DNA from: a virus | Direction: 5' to 3' (one strand) | Length of the DNA: 64,000 bases | Virus record (IMG/VR): IMGVR_UViG_3300009151_000057 | Location: 11,078-75,077 of that record | Shown: piece after piece, positions 1 to 9,842 of the stretch | Position numbering within the stretch: position 1 is the first letter of the stretch | Layout: every line of letters begins with the position of its first letter | Notes under the pieces: generated by a model | Told to the model about the DNA's origin: nothing | The model's input: the letters and a program-made list of their open reading frames with translations, nothing else | Databases searched by the model: none | Translations under genes and position numbers: made by a program

Positions 1-119
1 TGAATAAAATCATTCCATTAGATATCTCTAATAATTTTGAATGGCTTGATTTTAATACTGAATATTTTAATATATACCACAAAGATATTGGTATAACGAA
101 TAGTTTTTTAAAAATATGA
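1..119 (+). CDS. 3' end of an upstream ORF, truncated by the window edge
   Basis: Open frame NKIIPLDISNNFEWLDFNTEYF...FLKI* ends in TGA at 117-119, overlapping the next ATG (ATGA). Confidence 0.45.
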   Translation, partial: NKIIPLDISNNFEWLDFNTEYFNIYHKDIGITNSFLKI

Positions 120-1255
120 ACTGGCCATTAAATGTAAATAATTTTACTTTTCTAGATAAATTAAAAATATCTTTTTTTATTTTAAATCCAAACAGCAGGT
201 GGACACAAGATAAAAAAGTAAAACAATTTGAAGAAGAAATGGCTTCATTTATAGGAAGCAAATATGCAGTTTTTTGCTCTAGCGGTTCAACAGCTAACAC
301 AATGTTAGCAATGATGTTGAAAGACAAAAATAAAGAAAAGAAAACTATTATTTTTCCATCCACAACGTGGACAACTTCTATTTCCCCTTTTATAAGAGAA
401 GGGTTTGTGCCTAAATTCGTAGATGTGAATCTTGATGATTTTTCATTTAATTACGATCAGCTAGAAGAAGTTTTAAAAACAAATGAAGATATAGCATGTA
501 TTTTCGCAACTAGTCTGTTAGGGTTTGTTCCAGATTTAAATAAATTAAAACAATTATCAGATAAATATTCTGTTAAATTGATGTTGGATAATTGCGAAAA
601 TACGTTTGGAAAATTTGAAGGTAAAAACGTATCTTCTTTTGCAACATCTACAACAAGTACATATTTTGGACATCAACTTCAAAGCATTGAGGGAGGATTT
701 GTATTCACAAATTCAAAAGAGGAATATGATTATTGTTTAATGTTAAGAAATCATGGCATGACAAGATCAGTCAGCGATTCAAATCAGTATAGAAATAATG
801 ACGTAGATGGAAGATTTGATTTTTATTGTTTAGGAAACAATTTTAGAAATACAGATTTAAATGCATTTATTGGACTTATTGATTTCTCAAAAAAGGAACG
901 ATATATAACAAAAAGAAAAAATATTTACGACTTATTTTCTAGTAAATTAAATTCTAAATACATTTTGCCACATACATTTAATAATAGAGAAGCTAGTGCA
1001 TTTAGTTTACCTATTATTTTTAAAAATTCACAAAAAAAGAAAGAAGCATTAAAATATTGTGACGATCAAGGAATTGAAACAAGGCCAATTATTTCTGGTA
1101 ATTTGCTAAGGCAAACATGTTACAAAGATTTTGCTTCTTACAAAAATTTTCCAATGAGCGAGCTTTTACATCAAAACGGTTTTTATGTTGGACTTCATGC
1201 AAAATTAACAGAAAAACAAGTAGAAGAATTAGTTAATTATTTAAATAATCTATAA
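116..1255 (+). CDS. DegT/DnrJ/EryC1/StrS-family PLP enzyme, ColD-like (GDP-4-keto-6-deoxymannose 3-dehydratase type)
   Basis: Motifs SSGSTAN, DNCE, LRNHG, ETRPIISGN; active-site segment TYFGHQLQSIEGG has His where aminotransferases have the Schiff-base Lys; near gmd. Confidence 0.85.
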   Translation: MNWPLNVNNFTFLDKLKISFFILNPNSRWTQDKKVKQFEEEMASFIGSKYAVFCSSGSTANTMLAMMLKDKNKEKKTIIFPSTTWTTSISPFIREGFVPKFVDVNLDDFSFNYDQLEEVLKTNEDIACIFATSLLGFVPDLNKLKQLSDKYSVKLMLDNCENTFGKFEGKNVSSFATSTTSTYFGHQLQSIEGGFVFTNSKEEYDYCLMLRNHGMTRSVSDSNQYRNNDVDGRFDFYCLGNNFRNTDLNAFIGLIDFSKKERYITKRKNIYDLFSSKLNSKYILPHTFNNREASAFSLPIIFKNSQKKKEALKYCDDQGIETRPIISGNLLRQTCYKDFASYKNFPMSELLHQNGFYVGLHAKLTEKQVEELVNYLNNL

Positions 1256-1256
1256 T

Positions 1257-1613
1257 ATGTCAATAGAAAGAATAACAAAAATTAGCGAATTACTTTTAGA
1301 AGAAATTGCAGAAAGATTTGATAAAGAATCAATCAATTCAAATGATATTGAATTCAGCGAGAGCTTTGCCGAGATCTTAGATCGGTTTATTGTTTTACAT
1401 ATTAGAATGTGGAAACTAGAAGACGCGATAGGAGAAGCGACTTCAAACGATGAAATTGCAGACTTAAAAAGAAAAGTTGATTACTGCTTTAAAGATAGAA
1501 GACCAAAGTTAACAAAAGCAATTAATTCTTTTCTAGATGTTTATGTTGACAAGAATCATGTCAAAAAATTCTCAGAAGAAAACGTAAAATTATATAAAGG
1601 TTTTAAAAATTAA
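1257..1613 (+). CDS. Helical protein of the sugar cluster (DUF4254-like)
   Basis: EILDRFIVLHIRMWKLED...KRKVD pattern; lies between two NDP-sugar genes. Confidence 0.45.
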   Translation: MSIERITKISELLLEEIAERFDKESINSNDIEFSESFAEILDRFIVLHIRMWKLEDAIGEATSNDEIADLKRKVDYCFKDRRPKLTKAINSFLDVYVDKNHVKKFSEENVKLYKGFKN

Positions 1614-1614
1614 T

Positions 1615-2676
1615 ATGAAAAAAGTACTAATCACGGGCGTCACTGGACAAGATGGCAGCTTAATGGCAGACTATCTATTAGGTAATTTTAATGATATAGA
1701 AGTATATGGAACTCAAAGAAGATTGAGTGTTCCCAACAGACAAAATATAAATCATCTATTATCACATCCAAAATTCAAATTGATTGAAATGGATGTGACG
1801 GATTCAGAAAGCATTAATTCTGTAGTTACAGAAGTTTTGCCAGATTATTTTATTAATTTTGCAGCAAATTCATTTGTTGGAAACAGTTGGAAAATGCCAC
1901 TAAATCACATGCAGACAAATGCTATTGGAGTTCTTCTTTGTTTAGAATCAATTAAAAATATTGCTCCTCTTTGTAGGTTTTATAATGCTGGAAGCTCAGA
2001 GCAATTTGGAGACGTTGATTATGCTCCACAAGATATTAAACATCCATTTAAACCAAGATCTCCATATGGAGTTTCAAAATGTACCGCCCATCATTTAGTA
2101 AAAGTATATAGAGAGTCTTATAATATATTTGCTGTACAAGGTATTCTTTTCAATCATGAAGGAGTCAGAAGAGGTGAAGAATTTGTTACTAGAAAGATTA
2201 CAAAAAATGTAGCAAGAATTTTAAAATCCTTAAAATCTCACAATGAAAAATTTGAACCTTTAGAACTTGGCAATATTTACAGCAAGAGAGATTGGAGCGA
2301 TGCGGAAGATTTTGTTAAAGGTATTTGGTTGATGATTAACCAAGATAAACCAAAAGACTTTGTATTATCTTCTAATGAAACTCATACAATTAAAGAATTT
2401 ATACAATTAGCGTTTGAGTACGCAAAAATCAAAGGAGAATGGCACGGTGAAGGTGTAAACGAAAAATTTTTATTTAGAGATTACAATGGAGAATACAAAT
2501 ACTATGCAGATGATTGTCCATTGGTTAGGATAAATGAAAAGTTTTGTAGACCTGCTGAAGTAGAATTATTATTAGGCGATTCAAGTGAAGCGAGACAAGA
2601 GTTAGGATGGAATCCTGAGACATCCTTTGAAAATCTTGTTAAAAAAATGGTTGCAATTGATATTGGCATGGTATAG
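1615..2676 (+). CDS. gmd: GDP-mannose 4,6-dehydratase
   Basis: ITGVTGQDGS, SSEQFG, PRSPYGVSK, GILFNHE, RGEEFVTRKIT, RDW, RPAEV motifs. Confidence 0.95.
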   Translation: MKKVLITGVTGQDGSLMADYLLGNFNDIEVYGTQRRLSVPNRQNINHLLSHPKFKLIEMDVTDSESINSVVTEVLPDYFINFAANSFVGNSWKMPLNHMQTNAIGVLLCLESIKNIAPLCRFYNAGSSEQFGDVDYAPQDIKHPFKPRSPYGVSKCTAHHLVKVYRESYNIFAVQGILFNHEGVRRGEEFVTRKITKNVARILKSLKSHNEKFEPLELGNIYSKRDWSDAEDFVKGIWLMINQDKPKDFVLSSNETHTIKEFIQLAFEYAKIKGEWHGEGVNEKFLFRDYNGEYKYYADDCPLVRINEKFCRPAEVELLLGDSSEARQELGWNPETSFENLVKKMVAIDIGMV

Positions 2677-2685
2677 CATTTTGCG

Positions 2686-3036
2686 ATGCCACCTAAAAAG
2701 AAAGGATTGAACAAAAAATTAATTTTAAAAAATCTGATTATTATACCAAGGGGTAGCAAGAGAGAAATTTACGCCAGAGAGATGAAATTGCTCAATGATT
2801 TGATTGCTAGATATTCAGAAGATTTTATTTGTGTCTTGACATTGAAAGAAAAATATGATAGCATCGCTGTTATATTAAGTGAGTCTTATAAAAAAGAACT
2901 AGATCTAAAATTTAGTAATTTTAATTATAAGATAGATATTAATAAATATGCTTTGCCCACCTTAACCGAAAAGGTTGGTGAAGATATTTGCATTTCGATA
3001 AAACCCAAAACAATTAAAAATTTTCTAAATGGCTAA
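2686..3036 (+). CDS. Hypothetical protein
   Basis: 116-aa ORF, co-oriented, overlaps the recA-like start. Confidence 0.7.
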   Translation: MPPKKKGLNKKLILKNLIIIPRGSKREIYAREMKLLNDLIARYSEDFICVLTLKEKYDSIAVILSESYKKELDLKFSNFNYKIDINKYALPTLTEKVGEDICISIKPKTIKNFLNG

Positions 3037-4165
3037 ACAAGAAAAAACCGTAGTTACATCAAAAGACGTTCTTTCTACTTATTTAAAGGATAATAAAGAA
3101 GATCATTATAATTATGAAGAGGACGTTCTTTACAAAGCATCCAGCGGATCTCTTCAATTAGATATTCAGCTAGGTGGTGGATTTGGTCCAGGTCTTCATA
3201 GATTTTGCGGCATTAATGAAGGTGGAAAGACTTCTGCTGCTTTAGAAGTTATGAAGAATTTTTTGCTTACAATTCCAAATGCAAAAGGCTTTTACATTAA
3301 AGCAGAAGGAAGACTTTCTGAAGAAATGAAAAAAAGATCTGGAGTTCCATTTACTACGAATCCAGAAAATTGGGAACTTGGCACTTGTTTTGTTTTTGAA
3401 AGTAATATTTATGAAACTGTAGTAGACGCAATGAGAAATCTTGTTGCAAAAAATGATGAAAAAATTAAATATTATTTTCTTCTTGACGCTGTAGACGGTT
3501 TAATTACGAAGGGGGATTTAGATAAAACATTTGAAGACTCCAATAAGGTCGCTGGAGGCGCTGTAATAGCCGCCAACTTCATGAAGCGCATGTCTATCGC
3601 ATTGGCGAAGAGAGGGCATATGGCGGTCTTTGTGTCGCAAGTTAGAGCAGATATTAAACTAGACCCTTATTCCAAGGCTCCAATTCGTCAAACATCAGCA
3701 ACTGGAGGGAACGCTTTGTTGCATTTTGCAAATTGGATTCTTGAATTTGAACCGAGATTTAATGGAGATTTAATTTTACAAGATTCTACAAATAAAAAAA
3801 TAGACCTTGAAAAGAATCCTGTTATTGGTCACTGGGCAAAAGTTACAGTCAAAAAATCGCCCAATGAAAAAACGAATCTTCAAATTCCATATCCAATTAG
3901 ATATGGTAGGAAAAATGGAACTTCAATTTGGGTAGAGAAGGAATTGGTAGATCTACTTTACGCATGGGAATTCATGAATAGATCTGGAGCATGGGTGAAA
4001 CCATCTGAAGATTTTATTGAATTAGTTAAAGACCTAAATATTGTAATTCCAGAAAGTTTTCAAGGCGAAAAGGCTTTATTTAAATTTATCGAAGAAAATC
4101 CAGAGTTGATTAAATTTTTAACTAATTATTTTAAGAATTCTATAAATGAAATTCAAAACTCTTGA
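3029..4165 (+). CDS. recA: RecA/UvsX-like recombinase
   Basis: P-loop GINEGGKT, LLDAV, SQVR, TGGNALLHFA. Confidence 0.88.
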   Translation: MAKQEKTVVTSKDVLSTYLKDNKEDHYNYEEDVLYKASSGSLQLDIQLGGGFGPGLHRFCGINEGGKTSAALEVMKNFLLTIPNAKGFYIKAEGRLSEEMKKRSGVPFTTNPENWELGTCFVFESNIYETVVDAMRNLVAKNDEKIKYYFLLDAVDGLITKGDLDKTFEDSNKVAGGAVIAANFMKRMSIALAKRGHMAVFVSQVRADIKLDPYSKAPIRQTSATGGNALLHFANWILEFEPRFNGDLILQDSTNKKIDLEKNPVIGHWAKVTVKKSPNEKTNLQIPYPIRYGRKNGTSIWVEKELVDLLYAWEFMNRSGAWVKPSEDFIELVKDLNIVIPESFQGEKALFKFIEENPELIKFLTNYFKNSINEIQNS

Positions 4166-4553
4166 TGGTAAAGAGAGGACTCTTAAAAATATAAAAAATT
4201 GCATTATTGATTGGGATGCAAAAAGCAGAAGTAAGTTTCAATTTTCAGTAAAGCAATTTTTAAAAACGTATTGGAAGGGAGATGTTGTTTTTGAAGAATT
4301 GAGAATAGTTGGAACTAGACTATCTCTAGATCTTTATAACGCTAATAAGAAAGTTGCTATAGAAGTTCAAGGAGAGCAACATTTTAAATATGTTCCATTC
4401 TTTCATAATACACGGGGAAGTTATTTAAAACAAATAAAAAGAGATGTAAAAAAGAATGAATTTTGTGAAATCAATGGAATTCATCTTGTAGAGATTTATC
4501 CAAATGATTTTTTATCTAAAGAGCTTTTTGAAAAATTTGGCGTTTATTTATAG
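4146..4553 (+). CDS. PD-(D/E)XK endonuclease (DUF559/Vsr-like)
   Basis: LDLY...AIEVQGEQH...RDVKKNEFC. Confidence 0.75.
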   Translation: MKFKTLDGKERTLKNIKNCIIDWDAKSRSKFQFSVKQFLKTYWKGDVVFEELRIVGTRLSLDLYNANKKVAIEVQGEQHFKYVPFFHNTRGSYLKQIKRDVKKNEFCEINGIHLVEIYPNDFLSKELFEKFGVYL

Positions 4554-4565
4554 TGTAAATAAAAT
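4553..4565 (+). promoter_or_regulatory. GTGTAA-class putative phage promoter
   Basis: GTGTAA begins 13 nt before ATG 4566; the motif recurs before at least 10 genes. Confidence 0.55.
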
Positions 4566-4844
4566 ATGCCAAAGAAAAAACCGAAATTTTCAAAATTCGA
4601 AGTTCCAGAAGCATTTTTAGATACTCTATATGAACTTACAGGAGGTAAAGATAATCATAAAGGGTACATTGTTTGTTTTATAGATGAAGAAGGAAACGGG
4701 CAAGTTAAAAGCAAATTTGATTCTCAAGCAACAGAGTTTGCTCTTTTGAAGTTTCTTGAAGTTTACTCTGAGAATAATTTAAATTCGCGTGAAATTCAAA
4801 TATATCCAGATGAATTCTTTGGAGAAAGCGAAGAAGAGGATTGA
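4566..4844 (+). CDS. Hypothetical protein
   Basis: 92-aa ORF with an acidic C-terminus. Confidence 0.7.
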   Translation: MPKKKPKFSKFEVPEAFLDTLYELTGGKDNHKGYIVCFIDEEGNGQVKSKFDSQATEFALLKFLEVYSENNLNSREIQIYPDEFFGESEEED

Positions 4845-4873
4845 CATTTGTTAACTGTATGCGATTATAGGGC

Positions 4874-6379
4874 ATGATTCAATCTTTCGAATTAGAAAAA
4901 CAGCTTCTAGCTGGTTTATTGCGTAATTCGGAATGCTTCGCAGAGATTTGCTCCTTTATAGACGAGAGAGATTTTTATTCTGAGGATTCCGTTCTGCACA
5001 AAACAATTTTTCTTGTAATTAAACAAGCGATAGAAAATTGTGATGGAGTAGATGATGTGATAATAGCACAGAGAGTAAAGTCTATCGGACTTTCTTTTAC
5101 AGAAGATATTAATCCAGCGGATTATATCAAGTCTTTGGCCATGAAGAAGGTCATTCCCGAAAGCACCATTAAGGCTGCAAAGGAACTTAAGAAATATACA
5201 ATCAGAAGAGAGATACACGAATCTTCTCTTCAAGTTTCAAAAAAGATGCTATCTATACCAGCAGATAGCTCTTATGTAGATATTATTGAATGCGCTGATA
5301 AGATTTATAATTCGCGTATAAATCATTATGAAATAGGTAACGATATGCCACAAAATATTTACGAGGATATGGAAGCGATCATAGAGGATCGTGGAAATAA
5401 TCCAGTAAAAGATTTTGGCATGATGGGGCCACATAAAAAAATAAACGATATGTATGGCTCTCTTTTAAGGGCTGGAAATATCACAGTTGTAGTTGCTAGA
5501 TCTGGAGTTGGTAAAACTCAATTTTGTATGGATTACGCAACTAAAGTTGCAGCAGAATATGATATTCCAGTTTTACATTTTGACAATGGCGAAATGAGTC
5601 AAGAAGAATTAATGATGCGTCAATGTACCGCATTGAGTGGAGTGCCAATGCACTTGCTTGAGACGGGAGATTGGAGAAGATCTGGAAAAGAAGTTGTCGA
5701 TAAAGTTAGGAGTGTTTGGCCAAAAGTTAAAAAAATGAAATTCTTTTACTACAATGTAGGAGGATTAGATGTCGATGCAATGATAAACACCTTGAAAAGA
5801 TTTTACTTCCAAAAAGTTGGAAGAGGCAATAAGATGATTTTTAGTTTTGATTACATTAAAACAACTTCAGAAAGAAGTGATAAAAATGAATGGCAATTAG
5901 TTGGAGAAATGGTTGATAAGTTCAAGAAGTGTATCCAAAAAGAAATTCTTGAAGATGGAAAGCCAATCATTTCTATGCTCACATCTGTCCAAAGCAATAG
6001 AAGTGGGATTACAAATAATAGAGCATCATCTAATATAGTAGATGACGAAAGTATCGTATCTTTGTCAGATAGAATTATTCATTTCTGCTCTCATATGTTT
6101 ATTCTTAGAAAGAAAACTACTGATGAAATAGCAACAGAAGGCAATCAATTTGGAAGCCATAAATTAATTAATGTTAAATCAAGACATCTGGGCAAGGATT
6201 TAGCTGGCGCATTGGAGCCAGTTAGAATTGGAGATACCCTCAGAAACAATTTTGTTAATCTTGAATTTAAAAATTTTAATATTAGTGAAAGAGGTGATTT
6301 GCGAGATATTGCGCAGGCCTTGCAAGGCAGAGAGGATTTAGACGAAGACACAGACTTTGAAGCCCCGCCAAGATTCTAA
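4874..6379 (+). CDS. dnaB: Replicative DNA helicase (DnaB family)
   Basis: N-terminal DnaB domain (EKQLLAGLL...DFY), Walker A ARSGVGKT, FDNGEMS, FDYIK, QSNR, KSRH. Confidence 0.92.
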   Translation: MIQSFELEKQLLAGLLRNSECFAEICSFIDERDFYSEDSVLHKTIFLVIKQAIENCDGVDDVIIAQRVKSIGLSFTEDINPADYIKSLAMKKVIPESTIKAAKELKKYTIRREIHESSLQVSKKMLSIPADSSYVDIIECADKIYNSRINHYEIGNDMPQNIYEDMEAIIEDRGNNPVKDFGMMGPHKKINDMYGSLLRAGNITVVVARSGVGKTQFCMDYATKVAAEYDIPVLHFDNGEMSQEELMMRQCTALSGVPMHLLETGDWRRSGKEVVDKVRSVWPKVKKMKFFYYNVGGLDVDAMINTLKRFYFQKVGRGNKMIFSFDYIKTTSERSDKNEWQLVGEMVDKFKKCIQKEILEDGKPIISMLTSVQSNRSGITNNRASSNIVDDESIVSLSDRIIHFCSHMFILRKKTTDEIATEGNQFGSHKLINVKSRHLGKDLAGALEPVRIGDTLRNNFVNLEFKNFNISERGDLRDIAQALQGREDLDEDTDFEAPPRF

Positions 6380-7395
6380 TGAATACAGATATTCAATCTT
6401 CATTAATTAAATTAGGTTATAAACTACAAGATTGCGGAAGTCATTGGAGAACAAATGCACTTTATAGAGGAGGAGATAATTCTGTAGCCCTAAAAATATA
6501 CAAAGATACTGGAGTGTGGACCGATTTTGTTGACAACAAAAGTCCCATGCCATTTATCAGACTTGTGCAATTGACATTGAATACCAATGATACAAATGTA
6601 ATAAAAAATTATTGCGTTGATTCAATAAAAGATGTAGAATATAAAAAGAAAGAAGTATTAGAAATGGAACGTATTTATCCAGAAGACTGTCTTAAAAAGC
6701 TTTTTCCTAATTTTTCTTTTTATGAAAAAAGGAATATTTTAAAAGATGTTCAATTATTATATAAATGTGGATTAGCTTCTTCTGGAAGAATGTACAGAAG
6801 AATTGTATTTCCAATATACAATAAAGATGGACAGATCTTTGGTTTCTCTGGCAGGAAAATAGATGAAGACACAGACGCTCCAAAATGGAAACATATAGGT
6901 TTAAAGAGCAACTGGATTTATCCAGCAATGCTTCCAAATTTTTCAGAGGTAGATGATGAGATTATTCTTGTGGAAAGCATCGGAGATAGTATGGCTTTAA
7001 CGCAAAATGGTTACGCTAATAATTTGGTAACTTTTGGATTAGATTGTAGCAATTCATTGGTTAATTATTTAATATCCTTAAATCTCAATAGCATTATTAT
7101 TGCGACAAATAATGATAGCGAAAAAGAAAAAAATAGAGGTTTAATTGCAGCAATTAAAATACTAACAAAATTATCAAATTTCTTTGATTTAAACTTGTTG
7201 AAAATTAAACTACCTATTCGAAACGATTTTGCGGATATGCAGAATTCAGACAATCCTTTACTATTTGATCAGTGGAGAAAAAATGGCTTTATGCCTTATG
7301 CTGATATATTAAAATTCATTAATGATAACCAAAATGATTTTAATAAAACAAAGATCAAAAAATTAGTTCAACAATTAAAAATTCAAAATGAATAA
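6379..7395 (+). CDS. dnaG: DNA primase (DnaG-like, TOPRIM)
   Basis: RIVFPIYN...FGFSGR, PKWKH, IILVESIGD, IIIATNND, NDFAD; follows dnaB. Confidence 0.85.
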   Translation: MNTDIQSSLIKLGYKLQDCGSHWRTNALYRGGDNSVALKIYKDTGVWTDFVDNKSPMPFIRLVQLTLNTNDTNVIKNYCVDSIKDVEYKKKEVLEMERIYPEDCLKKLFPNFSFYEKRNILKDVQLLYKCGLASSGRMYRRIVFPIYNKDGQIFGFSGRKIDEDTDAPKWKHIGLKSNWIYPAMLPNFSEVDDEIILVESIGDSMALTQNGYANNLVTFGLDCSNSLVNYLISLNLNSIIIATNNDSEKEKNRGLIAAIKILTKLSNFFDLNLLKIKLPIRNDFADMQNSDNPLLFDQWRKNGFMPYADILKFINDNQNDFNKTKIKKLVQQLKIQNE

Positions 7396-8392
7396 AGTCT
7401 CACTATCTGCTAGTAGAATAAAAACAGCGCAATCGTGTTCTTGGTTATATTGGTCAAAGTATCATTTAAAAATTCCAGACAAAAGCAATGACGGTGCAAA
7501 TCGTGGAACTGTAGCTCATGAAGTTTTTGAACTATTAGGAGATCCCAAGAATAAAAAAGACTACGATAAAATTATTACCAAACAAGATGTATTCGCCAGT
7601 GTCAAAATTAAAAATTTGATAACATCTTTAGCAAAAAAATTGAAGGTAGATGATGAGGTAAATTTAAAAATAATCAAAGATTATACATTAAATGGATTAA
7701 TGTTTGACTTTTTTGGAGAGGCTAAAGGAAAAATAAAAGAAAGTCATTCAGAAAAAGATTTTGAATTTGATGTAAATGAAAATGGTTTAAATTATAAAGT
7801 TAAAGGATTCATTGATAAATTATTTATTTACGAAGATAATAGCGCAATTATTAGAGATTTTAAATCAAGTAAAGAAAAATTTAAAGGAAAGGATTTGGAA
7901 GATAATTTGCAAGATTTAATGTATGTTCTTGCAGTTAGAAAAATGTTTCCAGAAGTTAAAAGAATTACTACTGAATTTTTGTTTCTTAAATTTTCCGATG
8001 GATTAATACCCATGCCAGAATTATCAGATATTGAAATCCAAGGTTTTGAACAACAATTATCTTTCATACAGACTTATTTGGATAATTTTAATGAAAAAAT
8101 AGCTGTTAAAAAATTAGCTGCAAGAGCCGATTATCCAAAAGACGACTCTTTTAGTGGACCGTTGATGTGTGGACGAGCAAAGTCTCCAGGCCAAATCAAA
8201 AAAGACGGGACTCCAATGTGGCATTGTTCGGCAAAGTTTGCATTCGATTATTTTCAAATAAAAGACGAAAATAACGTAATCATTGATTCATGTTACAAGG
8301 ATGACAAAAAAGAATATATAGAAAAACACAAAGACAAGAAAATTAAATTTGAGTTATTTCAATACTCTGGATGTCCAGCGCATTGTAAGTAA
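7388..8392 (+). CDS. PD-(D/E)XK exonuclease, Cas4/RecB-like with candidate Fe-S cysteines
   Basis: LSASRIKTAQSC, GTVAH, KGFIDKL, IRDFKS, QDLMY, C-terminal Cys residues. Confidence 0.85.
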   Translation: MNKVSLSASRIKTAQSCSWLYWSKYHLKIPDKSNDGANRGTVAHEVFELLGDPKNKKDYDKIITKQDVFASVKIKNLITSLAKKLKVDDEVNLKIIKDYTLNGLMFDFFGEAKGKIKESHSEKDFEFDVNENGLNYKVKGFIDKLFIYEDNSAIIRDFKSSKEKFKGKDLEDNLQDLMYVLAVRKMFPEVKRITTEFLFLKFSDGLIPMPELSDIEIQGFEQQLSFIQTYLDNFNEKIAVKKLAARADYPKDDSFSGPLMCGRAKSPGQIKKDGTPMWHCSAKFAFDYFQIKDENNVIIDSCYKDDKKEYIEKHKDKKIKFELFQYSGCPAHCK

Positions 8393-8401
8393 ATTCAAAA
8401 T

Positions 8402-8436
8402 GAACGCTACACTCAAAAGGTGTAGCGTTCTTGCTT
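8402..8436 (+). terminator. Hairpin / probable intrinsic terminator
   Basis: 11-bp stem GAACGCTACAC-TCAAAAG-GTGTAGCGTTC followed by a weak T-rich tail. Confidence 0.65.
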
Positions 8437-8444
8437 GGTTTACC

Positions 8445-8472
8445 TTGACAATTCAAATACACAGTATATCAT
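8445..8472 (+). promoter_or_regulatory. Sigma70-like promoter
   Basis: TTGACA-N16-TATCAT, then 6 nt to ATG 8479. Confidence 0.65.
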
Positions 8473-8478
8473 ATGACA

Positions 8479-9234
8479 ATGATCCCGTTGTTCAAATCCA
8501 ATTTTTCTATTGGTAAAAGCATATTAACATTAACCGCACCAGAATTACATCCAGATCCAGAAAGAGCGGATTCTATTTTGCAGATCGCAAAAGACAATAA
8601 TTTAGATAAAATCATTTTAGTAGAAGATTCGATGATTGGTTTTTTGGAAGCTCATAAATCTTGCAAATCTTTAAATATTCAATTGATCTACGGTCTTAGA
8701 ATTAATTGTTGCAACAATGTTCAAGACGAAAACAAAGAGCAGTCCAGACATAAAATAATAATCTTTGCAAAGAATGACGATGGATGTAAATTATTAAACA
8801 AAATATACTCAACTGCATTTTGTGAACATGGTGGATATATGGACTGCAATGTTTTAAATACCTTATGGAATGACGATTATTTAAGTTTATCTATACCTTT
8901 TTACGATTCTTATATATATCAAAATTGTATTTCATTTAATAATTGTATTCCAAATTTCAGTTTTACTAAACCTACTTATTTTTACGAAATAAATAACTTG
9001 CCATTTGAACAATTTTTAACGAATAAAATCAAAACAATTGCTGATCCTATTTTGACAAAATCAATTTATTATAAAGATAAAAAAGATGTATACGCATTTC
9101 AGACGTACAAAGTTCTTTCAAATAGAAGTTTTGGAAGAGAGTCGTCATTATCAAATCCTAATTTAAACCACTTTGGTTCTGACGAATTTTGTTGGGAAAG
9201 TTATTTACAATATGGAAGATCTTCTTCGCTTTAA
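8479..9234 (+). CDS. Stand-alone PHP domain of DNA polymerase III alpha (degenerate)
   Basis: KSNFSIGKS, LVEDSMIGF, QLIYGLR, IIIFAKNDDGCKLLNKIYS match the DnaE N-terminal PHP fold; metal-binding His residues are missing; start set at 8479 from promoter spacing. Confidence 0.8.
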   Translation: MIPLFKSNFSIGKSILTLTAPELHPDPERADSILQIAKDNNLDKIILVEDSMIGFLEAHKSCKSLNIQLIYGLRINCCNNVQDENKEQSRHKIIIFAKNDDGCKLLNKIYSTAFCEHGGYMDCNVLNTLWNDDYLSLSIPFYDSYIYQNCISFNNCIPNFSFTKPTYFYEINNLPFEQFLTNKIKTIADPILTKSIYYKDKKDVYAFQTYKVLSNRSFGRESSLSNPNLNHFGSDEFCWESYLQYGRSSSL

Positions 9235-9841
9235 TTATAATCAAAAGTATCTAATTTTAGATACGGAAACCGAAGGTTTAAATTTATTAAATTCAAGACC
9301 TTGGCAAGTTTCTTGGATAACTGCAAAAGGTAGTTACATCCAAAAAAAATACGATAGATTTGCAAAATGGAATGATTTAAATATTTCTGATGACGCTGCT
9401 AGAGTGACAGGATTTGATAGAGGCAAATACGATTCTATATCAGAAGATCCATCCAAAATATTAAATGATCTATGGCCCATGATAACAGATCCAAGTTATA
9501 TTGTTATTGGTCAAAATATATTAAATTTTGATTTATATATTTTAAATATTCTAAGAAATAGATGCGGTTTAAGTGCAGATTATTCTTATGTATCTAGAGT
9601 TATAGATACAAGAGCATTAGCTATGGCAATCGCACTTGGTCATAAACAGATTGATAAAAATGATGTTATGAATCAATTTAGATTCGTAAACTATAGGGAT
9701 AAAAAAATCAAAACTAGTCAAGCGTCTTTACTAAAGCGTTACTCAATTGATCATGATCCATCCAAACTTCATGATGGCATGTATGACATTGAAATGACTT
9801 TTAAAATTTTCTTAAAACAAATCCAAGAAATAGATATTTAA
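9212..9841 (+). CDS. DEDDh 3'-5' proofreading exonuclease (DnaQ-like)
   Basis: LDTETEGL, GQNILNFD, IDT, HDGMYD; likely ATG at 9212. Confidence 0.88.
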   Translation: MEDLLRFNYNQKYLILDTETEGLNLLNSRPWQVSWITAKGSYIQKKYDRFAKWNDLNISDDAARVTGFDRGKYDSISEDPSKILNDLWPMITDPSYIVIGQNILNFDLYILNILRNRCGLSADYSYVSRVIDTRALAMAIALGHKQIDKNDVMNQFRFVNYRDKKIKTSQASLLKRYSIDHDPSKLHDGMYDIEMTFKIFLKQIQEIDI

Positions 9842-9842
9842 T

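Noticed and set aside
7388-8392. CRISPR-associated Cas4
   Set aside because: There is no array or other cas gene. Stand-alone Cas4/RecB-like nucleases are normal in phage replication blocks.
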